A stretch of DNA of 64,000 nt from Squalus acanthias (Eukaryota): the NCBI GenBank assembly GCA_030390025.1, contig CM059431.1:126668001-126732000 (forward strand). Direction: 5' to 3'. Below are positions 13,775 to 25,745 of the stretch, in pieces. Below the pieces are notes generated by a model that saw only the letters and a list, made by a program, of their open reading frames with translations, was not told the DNA's origin and did no database searches. The position numbers were made by a program, and so were the translations under genes. How positions within the stretch are numbered: position 1 is the first letter of the stretch; each line of letters opens with the position of its first letter.

Positions 13775-14478
13775 AGGGAGGGCGGTAATTAGCAGGAGGT
13801 ATCCGTACCCATGTCATGAGACTTCATGGGGTCGGAGTCAATGTTGAGGACTCTCTGGGCTACTCCCTCCCGACTATATACCACTGTGCCGCCACCTCCG
13901 GTGAGTCTTTGCTGCTAGTGGGAGAGGACATACCCAGGGATGATGATGGAGAAGTCTTGGACACTGATAGTATGATTCTGTGGATATGATTATGTCAGGC
14001 TGCTTGACTAGTCTGTGGGACAGCTCTCCCAATTTTGCCACAAGTCCTCAGATTGCAAGGAGGACTTTGTAGGGTTAACTGGGCTGGGTTTGATGTGTCC
14101 GAATCTGATGCCTAAGTCAAAGCCCAGTGTTCTACCTGGTTTTATTCTTATTGTACTTTTTTGTCGCAGTTTGATACAACTGAGGGCAGTTAAGAGTCAA
14201 CCACATTGTTGTGGGTCTGGAGTCACATATAGGCCAGACTGGGTAAGAAGGGCAGGTTTCCTTCCCTAAAGGATATTAGTGAACCAGTTGTTTTTTTTAC
14301 AACAATCCAATAGTTTCATGGTCACCATTACTGATACTAGCTTTTTAATTCCAGATTTTATTTAATTAACTGAATTCAAATTCACAAACTGCCATGTTGG
14401 TATTTGAACTCACGTGTCTGCATTATTAGTCCAGGCCTTTGGATTACTAGTCTAGTAACATAACCATTATGCTACTGT
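13775..14478 (-). mobile_element. LINE endonuclease fragment joined to a tRNA-headed SINE-like 5' region
   Basis: Reverse strand has A/B-box-like TAGCATAATGG...GAGTTCAAATACC; downstream IPGYVLSH/GGGTVVY APE-like peptides; the same head recurs at 29040-29105. Confidence 0.55.
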
Positions 14479-14984
14479 ACGTGATACTGTACATCTCATA
14501 AACCTTTACTGAGCCACAGCAACCTTCCACCTTCGATGCTGTAACCACTGGAGGGCCATTAGTAGAATCACCAGAGTTAGTAAGGGAGCACTTATGACAG
14601 GCACTAGGGGCTCATACCAGGGTGATAATTAATGTGTAGACATTCGCATAAGCCAGCAAAATGCTAATTCTTTTTTAAAATCTTTCAGCGGGAATTGCTC
14701 AGTGGTTCTTCTGATCAGCTGCCATAACTTCGATGGAAGATCGGGGAATGAATAGATATACAAATGTGTCTACTAAGGTTACATTGGCCAATCAAGAGCC
14801 CAAGGAACGTCCCAGCACTTGTGTGTACAGAGTGTTCCTGTACTAGCTGGTGATCTGGCAATATTGACAGGAATATTAATGTTGGGCTTTGGGCAGAAGC
14901 AATTTATTTGAGGAGCGAAGGACTGGGAGAAATGTTGGACATGACTGTTAGTGCAGGGGAGGAGGAATTGTTTCACTGAAGTGC

Positions 14985-17040
14985 TCTTTAATGAGATCTG
15001 ACTGCAGGAAACTGTTGGAGCTCTTCTTCCTCTATATCATCATTGTCACCTCCATCATGCTGAAGGTCCTTGTCCAGTGGTGGCTCTATGTGTCGTCCCC
15101 ACTGCAGAGCAAACTTATGCAGCATACAGCAAACCACTATCATACAGGACACTCTTCTTTGGGTGTATTGGTGGAAGTCACCAGATCTGTCCAGGTATTG
15201 GAATTGTTGCTTGAAGACTCCAATGGTTTGGTCGATGAGGGCTCTCCTCGAGCCATGGATCTGATTATTCAGCTACCGAGAATACAATCCTGAGATGAAT
15301 CATAAAGCGAGTATGGAGGGGACATCCTTTGATGCCAAGTATCCAGCCTCTCACTTTTTGAGCAGGGCAAAGATTGGAGGTTGGAGGACTGCTGCAATAT
15401 AAAAGCATCATGGCAGTTGCCAGGAAAGCTGACAAAGACCTGCATGATGCGCTGCTGGTGATTTCACGTTAATGGAATCGAAGCCCTTGCAAGTCATGAA
15501 GGCAGCTGGGTGGTGTGAAGACACTCGCAGGGTGATATGGGTATAGTCAGTGACCCACTGCGCTTCAGTCTGCGCTCACTGGCGGTCGAACTCCAAACCA
15601 TTGTCAACACCTTCACCGAAGCATACGAGAGCATGGGCCTCACACTAAACATCCGTAAGACAAAGGTCCTCTACCAACCTGCCCCCGCCACACAGTACTG
15701 CCCCCCGATTATCAAAGTCCACGACAAGGCCTTGGACAACGTGGACCACTTTCCATACCTCGGGAGCCTACTGTCAACAAGGGCAGACGTCGATGACGAA
15801 GCCCAACACTGCCTTCAGTGTGTCAGTGCAGCCTTTGGTCGCCTGAGGAAGAGAGTGTTTGAAGACCAGGACCTCAAATCTGGCACTAAGCTCATGGTCT
15901 ACAGAGCAGCAGTGATACCTGACCTGCTGGATGCCTCAGAGACATGGACCATGTACAGCAGGCACCTCAAAGCACTGGAGAGGTACCACCAACACTGCTG
16001 CCGCAAGATCCTGCAAATCCATTGGCAGGATAGGCGCACCAACGTCAGTGTTCTCGCTCAGGCCAACATCCCCAGCATCGAAGCTTTGACCACGCTCGAT
16101 CAGCTCCGATGGATGGGTCACATCGTCCGCATGCCCGATACGAGACTCCCAAAACAAGCGCTCTACTCGGAGCTCCGGCACGGCAAGAGAGCCCCAGGTG
16201 GGCAGAGGAAACGCTTCAAGGACACCCTCAAAGCCTCCTTGAAAAAGTGTAACATCCCCACCGACACCTGGGAATCCCTGGCCCAAGACCGCACAAAGTG
16301 GAGGAGAAGCATCCGGGAAGGCGCCAAACACCTCGAGTCTCTTCGCCGGGAGCAAGCGGAAGCCAAGCGCAGGCAGCGCAAGGAGCGCACGTCAACCCAA
16401 GCACCCCACCCACCCGCCCCTTCAACCACCGTCTGCCCCACCTGTGACAGAGACTGTAGGTCCCGCATTGGACTCATCAGTCACCTTCGAACTCATTTTT
16501 AACGTGGAAGCAAGTCATCCTCGGCTCCGAGGGACTGCCTAAGAAAGGGAGAAGAGTGTTTGAGGAAAGCTGAAATCTGTGCAAATCCCAGACTTGTTGC
16601 TTTCAGTTCTCCATGTGAAAAGTGATGAAAATGTTTGTTCTGGTAAACATGGCATCAGTCACCTGCTAGATGCAACCATGAACTGCAGACTAACTGATGT
16701 TGCTGGCATCCCCTGTCGCACTCTAGAAGGAGCCAAACAAACTGATGGCTGCAGTGACTTTGACTGCAAGAGGCAATACTGTGCTAATTGCAGCAGTGGG
16801 TTGCAGGTCTTGTTGCAGGAGGCAACACAACTCTGTGACAGCCTCCCGTGAGAAGCGCAGTCTCCTTATGCACTGCTCCTCAGAGAACCCTAGGTACGTT
16901 GTCCTGGGCCCAAAAACTCTGTTGAGGGGAAGGATTTCTGCAGGTGCAGCTTATTTTATTTGCTTTCCCTGTAGCTGCAGCTCTGTTTGATCCTTCCTCC
17001 TGGTGTTGCTCCTCTTCCTCCAACTCTTGCCAGAGTGGAA
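14985..17040 (-). pseudogene. Degenerate PIF/Harbinger (HARBI1-like DDE) transposase split by an RTE insertion
   Basis: Manual reverse translation: RFSREAVTELCCLLQQDL, VKVTAAI (16860-16650); KGFDSINV, HDAFILQQS, GWILGIKGCPL, IDQTIGVFKQQFQYLDRSG, VVCCMLHKFALQ (15490-15100). These align with the transposase at 56572-57066. Probable terminal inverted repeat (TIR) ends at 17498. Confidence 0.8.
15580..16545 (+). mobile_element. RTE-clade (BovB-like) LINE 3' fragment
   Basis: GLTLNIRKTKV, FPYLGS, QLRWMGHIVRM, C-terminal CPTC...HLRTH zinc finger; short 3'UTR. Confidence 0.9.
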
Positions 17041-17774
17041 TTGCCAGAAGGCCCTCCATGAAGAATGTTGTCAGAAGCTCCTTAAAAGTTCAGAACATTC
17101 AACAGCTACAGCAAGCACTTTGAAATTGTTTCAGTCGGAAAAAGTCGACGAGCAAAATGTCTCCCAAAATGTTCCCGTATTTTACTGGAGCAGCTGAGGA
17201 TCCCTTTAAACATCACTGGCAATGATCCACTCCCGACTTGTACTACCCAGCGTTTCTGAGTGGGATCATTAACTGGTGGTAGCAATATGGGCAGCAACAA
17301 AAATGGCATTGGGTGTCCCAATTCTGTCATCTGACCCCAATTAGCATATATTCATTCGGTCCCTGCTTGTTTCCGGTGGGAGCTCTGGCCATCTAAGTTG
17401 AGGTTCACCCAAAAATCAGAACGGGCAGTCAACCAGTGGTAAGTTGGCGGTTCTGTTTCCCATGCAAACAGGGTAGCAGCAAGATGAATATCGACCCCAA
17501 GGATTTGAAGGCTTAAAAGTAGGTGGTCAGTTGGGTTGATGTGTTACAACAAATGGACTTATCGGGCTTATTTTGTTCCTAAGAATTCTTACATATGCTA
17601 CAAATTCTGTGTGGTTGCATTCTGGACATGCTGCTTGGTGCATTGTTTTATGTTTTCCTCCAAAGTGCAATTTACACGGATGCCTGTCAACTGTGTATGA
17701 CATTTAAATAGGATTGTAATATATGTTAATGAACTGATACAGTAAACATGTGGAGTCAGCTCTGAAGCCCTCAG

Positions 17775-18690
17775 AAAAGAAAGAATGACTGCATTTGTAT
17801 AGCGCCTTTCACGACCACTGGATGTCCCAAAGTGCTTTACAGCCAATTAAGTACTTTTTGAAGTGTCTCTCTTCTCTTAGGCAGTCCCTCGGAACCGAGG
17901 ATGACTTGCTTCCACATTAAAAATGAGTTCGAAGGTGACTGATGAGTCCAATGCGGGACCTACAGTCTCTGTCACAGGTGGGGCAGACGGTGGTTGAAGG
18001 GGCGGGTGGGTGGGGTGCTTGGGTTGACGTGCGCTCCTTGCGCTGCCTGCGCTTGGCTTCCGCTTGCTCCCGGCGAAGAGACTCGAGGTGTTTGGCGCCT
18101 TCCCGGATGCTTCTCCTCCACTTTGTGCGGTCTTGGGCCAGGGATTCCCAGGAGTCGGTGGAGATGTTACACTTTTTCAAGGAGGCTTTGAGGGTGTCCT
18201 TGAAGCGTTTCCTCTGCCCACCTGGGGCTCTCTTGCCGTGCCGGAGCTCCAAGTAGAGCGCTTGTTTTGGGAGACTCGTATCGGGCATGCAGACAATGTG
18301 ACCCGTCCATCGGAGCTGATCGAGCGTGGTCAAAGCTTCGATGCTGGGGATGTTGGCCTGAGCAAGAACACTGACGTTGGTGCTGTTGTAATGTAGGAAA
18401 CGCGGCAGCCAATCTGCACATAGCAAGCTCCCACAAACAGCAATGTGATAATGACCAGGTAAACTGTTTTTTTGTTATGTTGATTGAGGGATAATATTGA
18501 CCAGGACACGGGGATAACTTCCCCTGCTCTTCTTCAAAATAGTGCCATGGGATCTTTTACGTCCACCTGAGAGAGCAGACGGGGACTCGGTTTAATGTCT
18601 CATCCGAAAGACGGCACCTCCAACGGTGCAGCACTCCCGCAGTACTGCACTGGAGCGTCAGCTTAGATTCTTGTGCTCAAGTCTCTGGAT
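17775..18690 (-). mobile_element. Deu-domain SINE interrupted by the RTE at 17868-18382
   Basis: Deu-like core GGAGGTGCCGTCTTTCGGATGAGAC and L2-like tail on the reverse strand. Confidence 0.75.
17868..18382 (-). mobile_element. RTE LINE 3' fragment, inverted near-identical copy of ~16035-16545
   Basis: Near-identical C-terminal translation (...RIGLISHLRTHF) and 3'UTR. Confidence 0.9.
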
Positions 18691-19364
18691 ACAATTTGGT
18701 GCCAAAAATGTCCATTTCAAACAAACACGAGCATGCTTCAATGCTTCTGAACTGGATTTCTTTTGCGAGTAAGCTTCTCAAAAAGCAAACTAATTGGCAC
18801 AACAGTTTGATGGCTTTAAGCCAGTGACACCTCAAACCAGTGCTACTTCAAATTTTGGCACATGGTGACCATTAATTTAAATGCCAGTTATTTGGATTAA
18901 CAGAATAAATTGACACTCATGAAAAAAAAGGTGAAATGAAGTGAGGCCAAAGAAAAACGGCCGCAGCAGTAAAAACTGGTCAGACTGATGGGGGGCACAT
19001 CCCCTCATCTGATTAACCTTGCATTTGGAGCACAATGTCTCTATTTTGATTCAACAGCCGATTTAGAAAGTTGGGGGCCATGAAATGTCAACAATGTTGG
19101 CCTCTGCTCCCTAACAATAACTATGTGGAGTCCTGTTTATATTTTGCTAATGCTACAGCCATAATAGCATGAATTGAGTAGTCTACAAAGGGTGTTCACA
19201 GGTAAACAGCACATGATGTTCCAATCATCGCTACAGAGTGTTCCAAACACAGTGATGGATGCCAATTTACCCATGCAAATTGTTAAATTGAAAGTGCTGT
19301 ATGAACATTTACACCAGTAACATCACGTTCATACAGCACTTTCAATTTAACAATTTATACTGCA

Positions 19365-19695
19365 ACTTTTATGACCTCAGGATGTCCCAAAATGCTTTAC
19401 AGCCAATGAAGTACTTTTGAAGTTTAGTCATGTGGTAATGTAGAGAAACGCAGCAGCCAATTTGTGCACAGCAAGGTCCCACAAACTGCAATGAGATAAA
19501 GGACCAGATAATCTGTTGTCGTGCTGTTGGTTGAGGGATAAATATTAGCCAGGACACTGGGAAAACCCAGCCTGGTCGTCTTCAAATAGTGTTGTGGAAT
19601 CTTTAACGTCCACCTGAGAGGGCAGACGAGATCTCAGTTTGAAGTCTCAACCGAAAGGCGGCACCTCCAACAGAGGAGGCGGCACCTCCAACTCC
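19365..19695 (-). mobile_element. Deu-domain SINE fragment
   Basis: Homologous to 17775-18690 and 62950-63377. Confidence 0.7.
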
Positions 19696-20128
19696 CAGAG
19701 AAATGGAGTAAATGGCTGATACGCCATTTCTCCAGGGTTTCCGCCAACGTTACATTGGACAATCGGAAGAACCCCCACGGAAAGTACGAGCGGATATTTT
19801 TATTCATATAATAATATTTAATACCAGCACACAAATATGATGTAAATATAGAATATGGTGGATGTGAAGCACCAGATCAGTATAAACCATAATTGCAATA
19901 TACAAAGCAAGACCAAAATACTACAGACTGGAAATTCCAGATACCTACCAAAATTGGAAGAGGCTGATCTCATCTGCTTTCGATTTGTCTATATTTAGTC
20001 AATTGTTAACATCAACAGATAAGTCTTTATTCAACCAATCACTTATTTTCACCCAGCAGAAATATGATACCCTAAAGTGCGATATTTTAAGGTCTGATAT
20101 AAAGGATGCAAACAAGGTACAAGATTTT

Positions 20129-20222
20129 CGACGAAGGGTTTCGACCTGAAACGTTAACTCTGTTTCTCTCTCCACGGATGTTGCCTGGCCTGCTGAGTTT
20201 TTCCAGCGTTTTCTGTTGTTGT
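20129..20222 (+). mobile_element. Isolated Penelope terminal-repeat fragment with 11-bp TSD
   Basis: TACAAGATTTT at 20118-20128 and 20223-20233 flanks GACCTGAAACGTTAACTCTG... Confidence 0.75.
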
Positions 20223-20374
20223 TACAAGATTTTTAAATGTAGGTAGTACAACAATGGGATGGAGGGAGCAAGCGACAAATGTAAAAAGGCAAATGTCTGA
20301 CAAAATTGACTGGTGATTGCTAGGAGTACAAGAAACGATGACAAAGTTATACTCAGCACGGGCAGATCACAGAC

Positions 20375-22748
20375 TTCCCCTATTTACCTCCCTCTGAACT
20401 TGCAGCACTCCATTCTCTCAGATCCAACCCCGACATTGTCATTAAACCTGCTGACAAGGGTGGTGCTGTTGTTGTTTGGCGAACCGACCTCTACCTAGCG
20501 GAAGTTGAACGCCAACTCTCCGACACCTCCTCCTACCTCTGCCTGGACCATGACCCCACTACCGAACATCAAGCCACCGTTTCCAAGACTGTCACTAACC
20601 TCATCTCCTCTGGAGATCTTCCCCCCACGGCCACCAACCTCATAGTTTCCCAACCCCGCACAGCCCGCTTCTACCTCCTTCCCAAGATCCACAAACAGGA
20701 CTGCCCCGGTAGACCCATCGTTTCAGCCTGTTCCTGCCCCACAGAACTTATCTCTTCCTATCTCGACTCTATTTTTTCTCCCCTTGTCCAGTCTCTTCCC
20801 ACCTACATCCGCGACTCTTCCGACGCCCTCCGTCACTTTAACAGTTTTCAGTTTCCTGGCCCCAACCGCCTCCTTTTCACTATGGACGTATAATCCCTCT
20901 ACACCTCCATCCCCCACCAGGATGGCCTGAGGGCACTCCGCTTCTTCCTTGAACAGAGGCCCAACCAGTCCCCATCCACCACCACCCTCCTCCGCCTGGC
21001 TGAACTTGTTCTCACATTGAACAACTTCTCCTTTGACTCCACTCACATTCCTCCAAATAAAAGGTGTTGCTATGGGAACCCGCATGGGTCCTAGCTATGC
21101 CTGCCTTTTCGTGGGATATGTGGAACACTCTTTGTTCCAGTCCTACTCGGGTCCCTTCACTCACCTCTTTTTCCGGTACATTGATGACTGTATCGGTGCC
21201 GTTTCCTGCTCTTGGCCTGAACTAGATAATTTCATTCACTTTGCTTCCAATTTCAACCCTTCCCTCACCTTCACATGGTCCATCTCCGACTCTTCCCTTC
21301 CCTTCCTCGACTTCTCCGTCTCCATCTCTGGGGATAGGTTATTGACAAACATTCACTACAAGCCCACTGACTCCCACAGCTATCTGGACTACACTTCCTC
21401 CCACCCCCGCCTCCTGTAAGGACTCTATTCCATTCTCCCAGTTTCTCCGTCCCCACCGCATCTGGTCTGACGATGCCACCTTCCATACCAGTGCTTCTGA
21501 CATGTCTTCCTTTTTCCTCAACCGAGGATTCCCCTCTACAGTGGTTGACACGGCCCTTGACCGTGTCCGTTCTATCTCCCGCACTTCTGCCCTCACACCT
21601 GTCCCTCTCTCCCGGAACCACGATAGAGTTCCCCTTGACCTCACCTTTCACCCCACCAGCCTCCACATTCAACGATCATCCTCCGCCATTTCCGCCACCT
21701 CCAGCGTGATCCCACCACCAAACGCATCTTCCCCTCACCTCCCCTTTCAGCATTCCGTAGGGACCGCTCCCTCCGCGACACCCTAGTCCACTCCTCTATC
21801 ACCCCCAACACCCCTTCCACTTCACCCGGCACCTTCCCGTGCAAGCGCAGGAGATGCAACACCCGCCATACCTCTGCCCTTCCCACTGTCCAGGGCCCCA
21901 AACACCCCTTCCAGGTGAAACAGTGATTTACTTGTACTTCTTGCAATTTAGTATACTGTATACGCTGCTCACGATGTGGTCTCCTCTACTCTGGGGAGAC
22001 CAAACGCAGATTGGGTGACCGCGTTGTGGAACACCTCCATTCAGGCCATAAGGGGAACCCCGAGCTTCCAGTCGCCTGTCACATTAATTCACCACTCCAT
22101 TCCCACTCAGACCTCACCGTCCTCGGCCTCCTGCATTTTTCCACGGAAGCTCAGCGTAAGCTCGAGGAACAGCACCTCATCTTTCGATTAGGCACTTTAT
22201 AGCCTTCTGGACTTAACATAGAATTCAACAATTTCAGATCATAACCTGGCCCCTATCATATATTTCACAGATGCTGCCTGACCTGTTGAGTATCTCCAGC
22301 ATTTTCTGTTTTTATTCCCTATCATATATATATATTTTTTATCCACACTTTTTGTTTGTGCCTTCTGTTCTTCTCTCCCACACGGCAGCTGTCCTTCATT
22401 CTGCCAGCACAATTTACACTTCCTCTAGAGCCATCCTTTGTTTCTTAACCTGTCCCATTACCATCTTCTTTTGCCTTGAATATCTCTTAATGTCTCTTAA
22501 CTTCTCCTGCCTTCTATCCTATCACAGACCTTCCCTTTTTTCATTCATCCCCTCCCCCATTTCCCAGCCCCTACCCTTGCTTAAAAATCTGTTCCATTTC
22601 ATACTTTTTTCCAGTTGTGACGAAAGGTCATCGACCTGAAACGTTAACTCTGTTTCTCTCTTCACAGATGCTGCCTGACCTGCTGAGTATCTCCAGCATT
22701 TTCTGTTTTTATTTCAGATTTCCAGCATCTGCAGTATTTTCTTTTTGT
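20375..22748 (+). mobile_element. Penelope-like retroelement, RT plus GIY-YIG, decayed, with partially tandem terminal repeats
   Basis: KPADKGGAVV, FYLLPKIHK, GRPIVS, GVAMGTRMGPSYA, FFRYIDD, FLD motifs; terminal repeats at 22265-22315 and 22611-22748. Confidence 0.92.
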
Positions 22749-22997
22749 GTTCCCCTATTTAATGTTCATTCCACAACAAATGATTAGCACAAACTAAAGT
22801 CTTGTTTAATGATTTACTCTTCCCTTGAGAAGGTGGTGGTGAGCCGTCTTATTGAATCACTGCAGTCCGTGTGGTGAAGCTACTCCCACAGTGCTGTTAG
22901 GGAGGAATTTGCAGGATTTTGACCCAGTGACCATGAAGGAACGGCAATATATTTCCAAGTCAGGATGGTGTGTGACTTGGAGGGGAACTTGAAGGTG

Positions 22998-24167
22998 AAC
23001 TAGTGGTGTTCCGCAGGGGTCAGTGCTGGGTCCCCAACTCTTCACAATCTATATTAACGATTTGGAGGAGGTGACCGAGTGTAACATATCAAAGTTTGCA
23101 GATGATACTAAGATGGGAGGGAAAGTAGTGAGTGAGGAGGACATAAAAAATCTGCAAGGGGACATAAACAGGCTAAGTAAGTGGGCAGAGATTTGGCAGA
23201 TGGAATACAATACTGGAAAGTGCGAGGTTATGCACTTTGGCAGGAAAAATAGTAGAGCAAGTTATTATCTAAATGGCAAGAAACTGGAAAGTACTGAAGT
23301 ACAAAGGGATCTGGGGGTCCTGGTGCACAAAACTCAAAAGGTTAGTATGCAGGTGCAGCAAGTGATTAAGAAGGCCAATGGAATGTTGGCTTTCATTGAT
23401 AAGGGGATAGAATATAAAAATAGGGAGGTATTGCTTCAGTTGTGCAAGGTATTGGTGAGACCACACCTGGAATACTGCATACAGTTTTGGTGTCCATACT
23501 TAAGAAAAGACATACTTGCTCTCGAGTCAGTACAAAGAAGGTTCACTCGGTTAATCCCGGGGATGAGGGGATGGACATACGAGGAGAGATTGGGTAGATT
23601 GGGACTCTACTCATTGGAGTTCAGAAGAATGAGAGGCGATCTTATTGAAACATATAAGATTGTGAAAGGGTTGGATCGGGTGGATGCGGGGAGGATGTTC
23701 CTGATGATGGGTGAAACTAGAACTAGGGGGCATAGTCTTAGAATAAGGGGCTGCTCTTTCAAAACTGAGATGAGAAGGAACTACTTCACTCAGAGGGTGG
23801 TAGGTCCATGGAATATTATGCCCCAAAAAGCTGTAGAAGCTACATCATTACATAAATTTAAAACAGAAATAGACAGTTTCCTAGAAGTAAAGGGAATTAA
23901 GGGTTACGGGGAGCGGGCAGGAATTTTGGACATGAGTCTAGGTTCGGATCGGTCATGGCCCTGTGGGTAGCATAGCGGGCCCAGGGGCCATGTAGCCTGA
24001 TCCTGCTCCTATTTCGTGTGTCCAATTCTGTTAGGTTCAGGAGATGGTTCTGTGATAGTAGATTGGCGGTTAGGATCAGATCAGCCATGATCTTATTGAA
24101 TGGCGGAGCAGGCTCGAGGGGCCGATTGGCCTACTCCTGCTCTTATTTCTTATGTTCTTATGTTCTT
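22998..24167 (+). mobile_element. 5'-truncated CR1 (RT C-terminal ORF 23023-23970 open)
   Basis: KFADDTK, RPHLEYCIQFW; (TTCTTATG)n tail. Confidence 0.92.
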
Positions 24168-24612
24168 ATGATGGTGTTTCCATGCACCTGTTGCCCTTGT
24201 CCTTCTAGGTGGTAGAGGTCGCGGGTTTGGGAGGTGGTGTCAAAGAAGCCTTGGCGAGTTGCTACAGTGCATCTTGTAGATGGTACACACTGCAGCCACG
24301 TTGCGTTGGGTTGGAAGGAGTGAATGTTTAAGGTGGTGGATGGGGTGCCAATCAAGCGGGCTGCTTTATCTTGGCTGGTGATGAGCTTCTTGAGTGTTGC
24401 TAGAGCTGCACTCATCCAGGCAAGTGGAGAGTATTCCATCACACTCCTTACTTGTGCCTTGTAGATGGTGGAAAGGCTTTGGGGAATCAGGAGGTGAAAC
24501 ACTCGCCACAGAATACCCAGCATCTGACCTGCTCTTGTAGCCACAGTATTTATGTGGCTGATCCAGTTAAGTTTCTTGTCAATGGTAACCCTCAGGATGT
24601 TGATGGTGGGGG

Positions 24613-25745
24613 TGCAAAGGAATAAGCCATATAACCTATTCAGAAAAATACACTATCTTATGAAAGAATTTTGGCCTTATTAAACCATGACAAACTGGGT
24701 TTGGGAATTTAGAAACCTAACTATAAAAAAGCTGTGAAAGCATTCTGGCTATTGAGATAAGGTAGTTGTTGACCCTGAATAAATAACCTTATTGAAACAG
24801 AAGGCTAAAGGCTCCGACAGACTGAACTTTTTGGAACAAAACAATGGTTCACCATGGATAAGGTGTTCTAATTTACACCTCGTAAAGAAGCACAAACATC
24901 TACCTTCGTAAAAATGACATCAAGTAAAAAACACACCTGCCGTCACACCATTTTTTATGGTAAACTTAGAACACCTAGAGAGGAGACATGATTCTGTAAT
25001 GCTACCAGCTGATCTGGCAGTAAGAATTGCAGAGGTCAGCAGAAAAATGACTAGAGATAATTAGCTTGCATCAGCAGAAAACTTTAAAGGAAATACCACT
25101 GGAAAAGGGTATAAATATTGAACTCAAATGGGATAGTAGACTCGCTTTAATCGGGCAAAGCGATTCACGGCTTCAGAGGTGGCTCTGTAAGTCTCCAACT
25201 CTTTGTACCTCAGGGATCAAAGGTATTTGATTTTGGTGGATATCCTGTAGAACACTAAGAAATGTAAAACTGTAGCAAAGTTAAGATTTGAGAGTAAGGT
25301 TCTCTGATAATAAGATTGTAAAGCTTTCTCTTTTTGGAATTGTTAATGTTGCTATTGACTCACCAACTGTAAATTACATGTCGGTTCTTTAATAAATCTA
25401 TATATTTTTAGAATTGTCTCACATAAGACTTCTTTATCAAAAACTCGCAAACTCAATCTCTGTACACTCTTTGGTGAGGAGTTGCAGAATTCTGGGAGAG
25501 TTTTCCGGACCCTCATAATATCCGGAATGTTACAGTCTAGCTAAACTTATTAAAAGTGCTATCTAGAGGACGGTAACATTTTCAGGTTGTTCCTTTCCTT
25601 TAGGGAGAGATAGTCCGGACCTTTAGACCCAATTAAGCGTCTTTAGGATTCGGCTACCTCAAACTTTAGTTGAAAGTGAACGTCTGCGAAATACGCCTAA
25701 TCCGGGGTAGCCCTAAAGGGGCTAAGACTAGTAATTATCCCTTCA
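24613..25745 (+). mobile_element. Solo LTR of a foamy-like endogenous retrovirus (1133 bp), related to but distinct from the provirus LTRs
   Basis: TG...GTAATTATCCCTTCA end identical to the provirus LTR end; GGGG TSD (24609-24612, 25746-25749); TATAAA 25110, GTAAGT 25187, AATAAA 25391. Confidence 0.92.
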
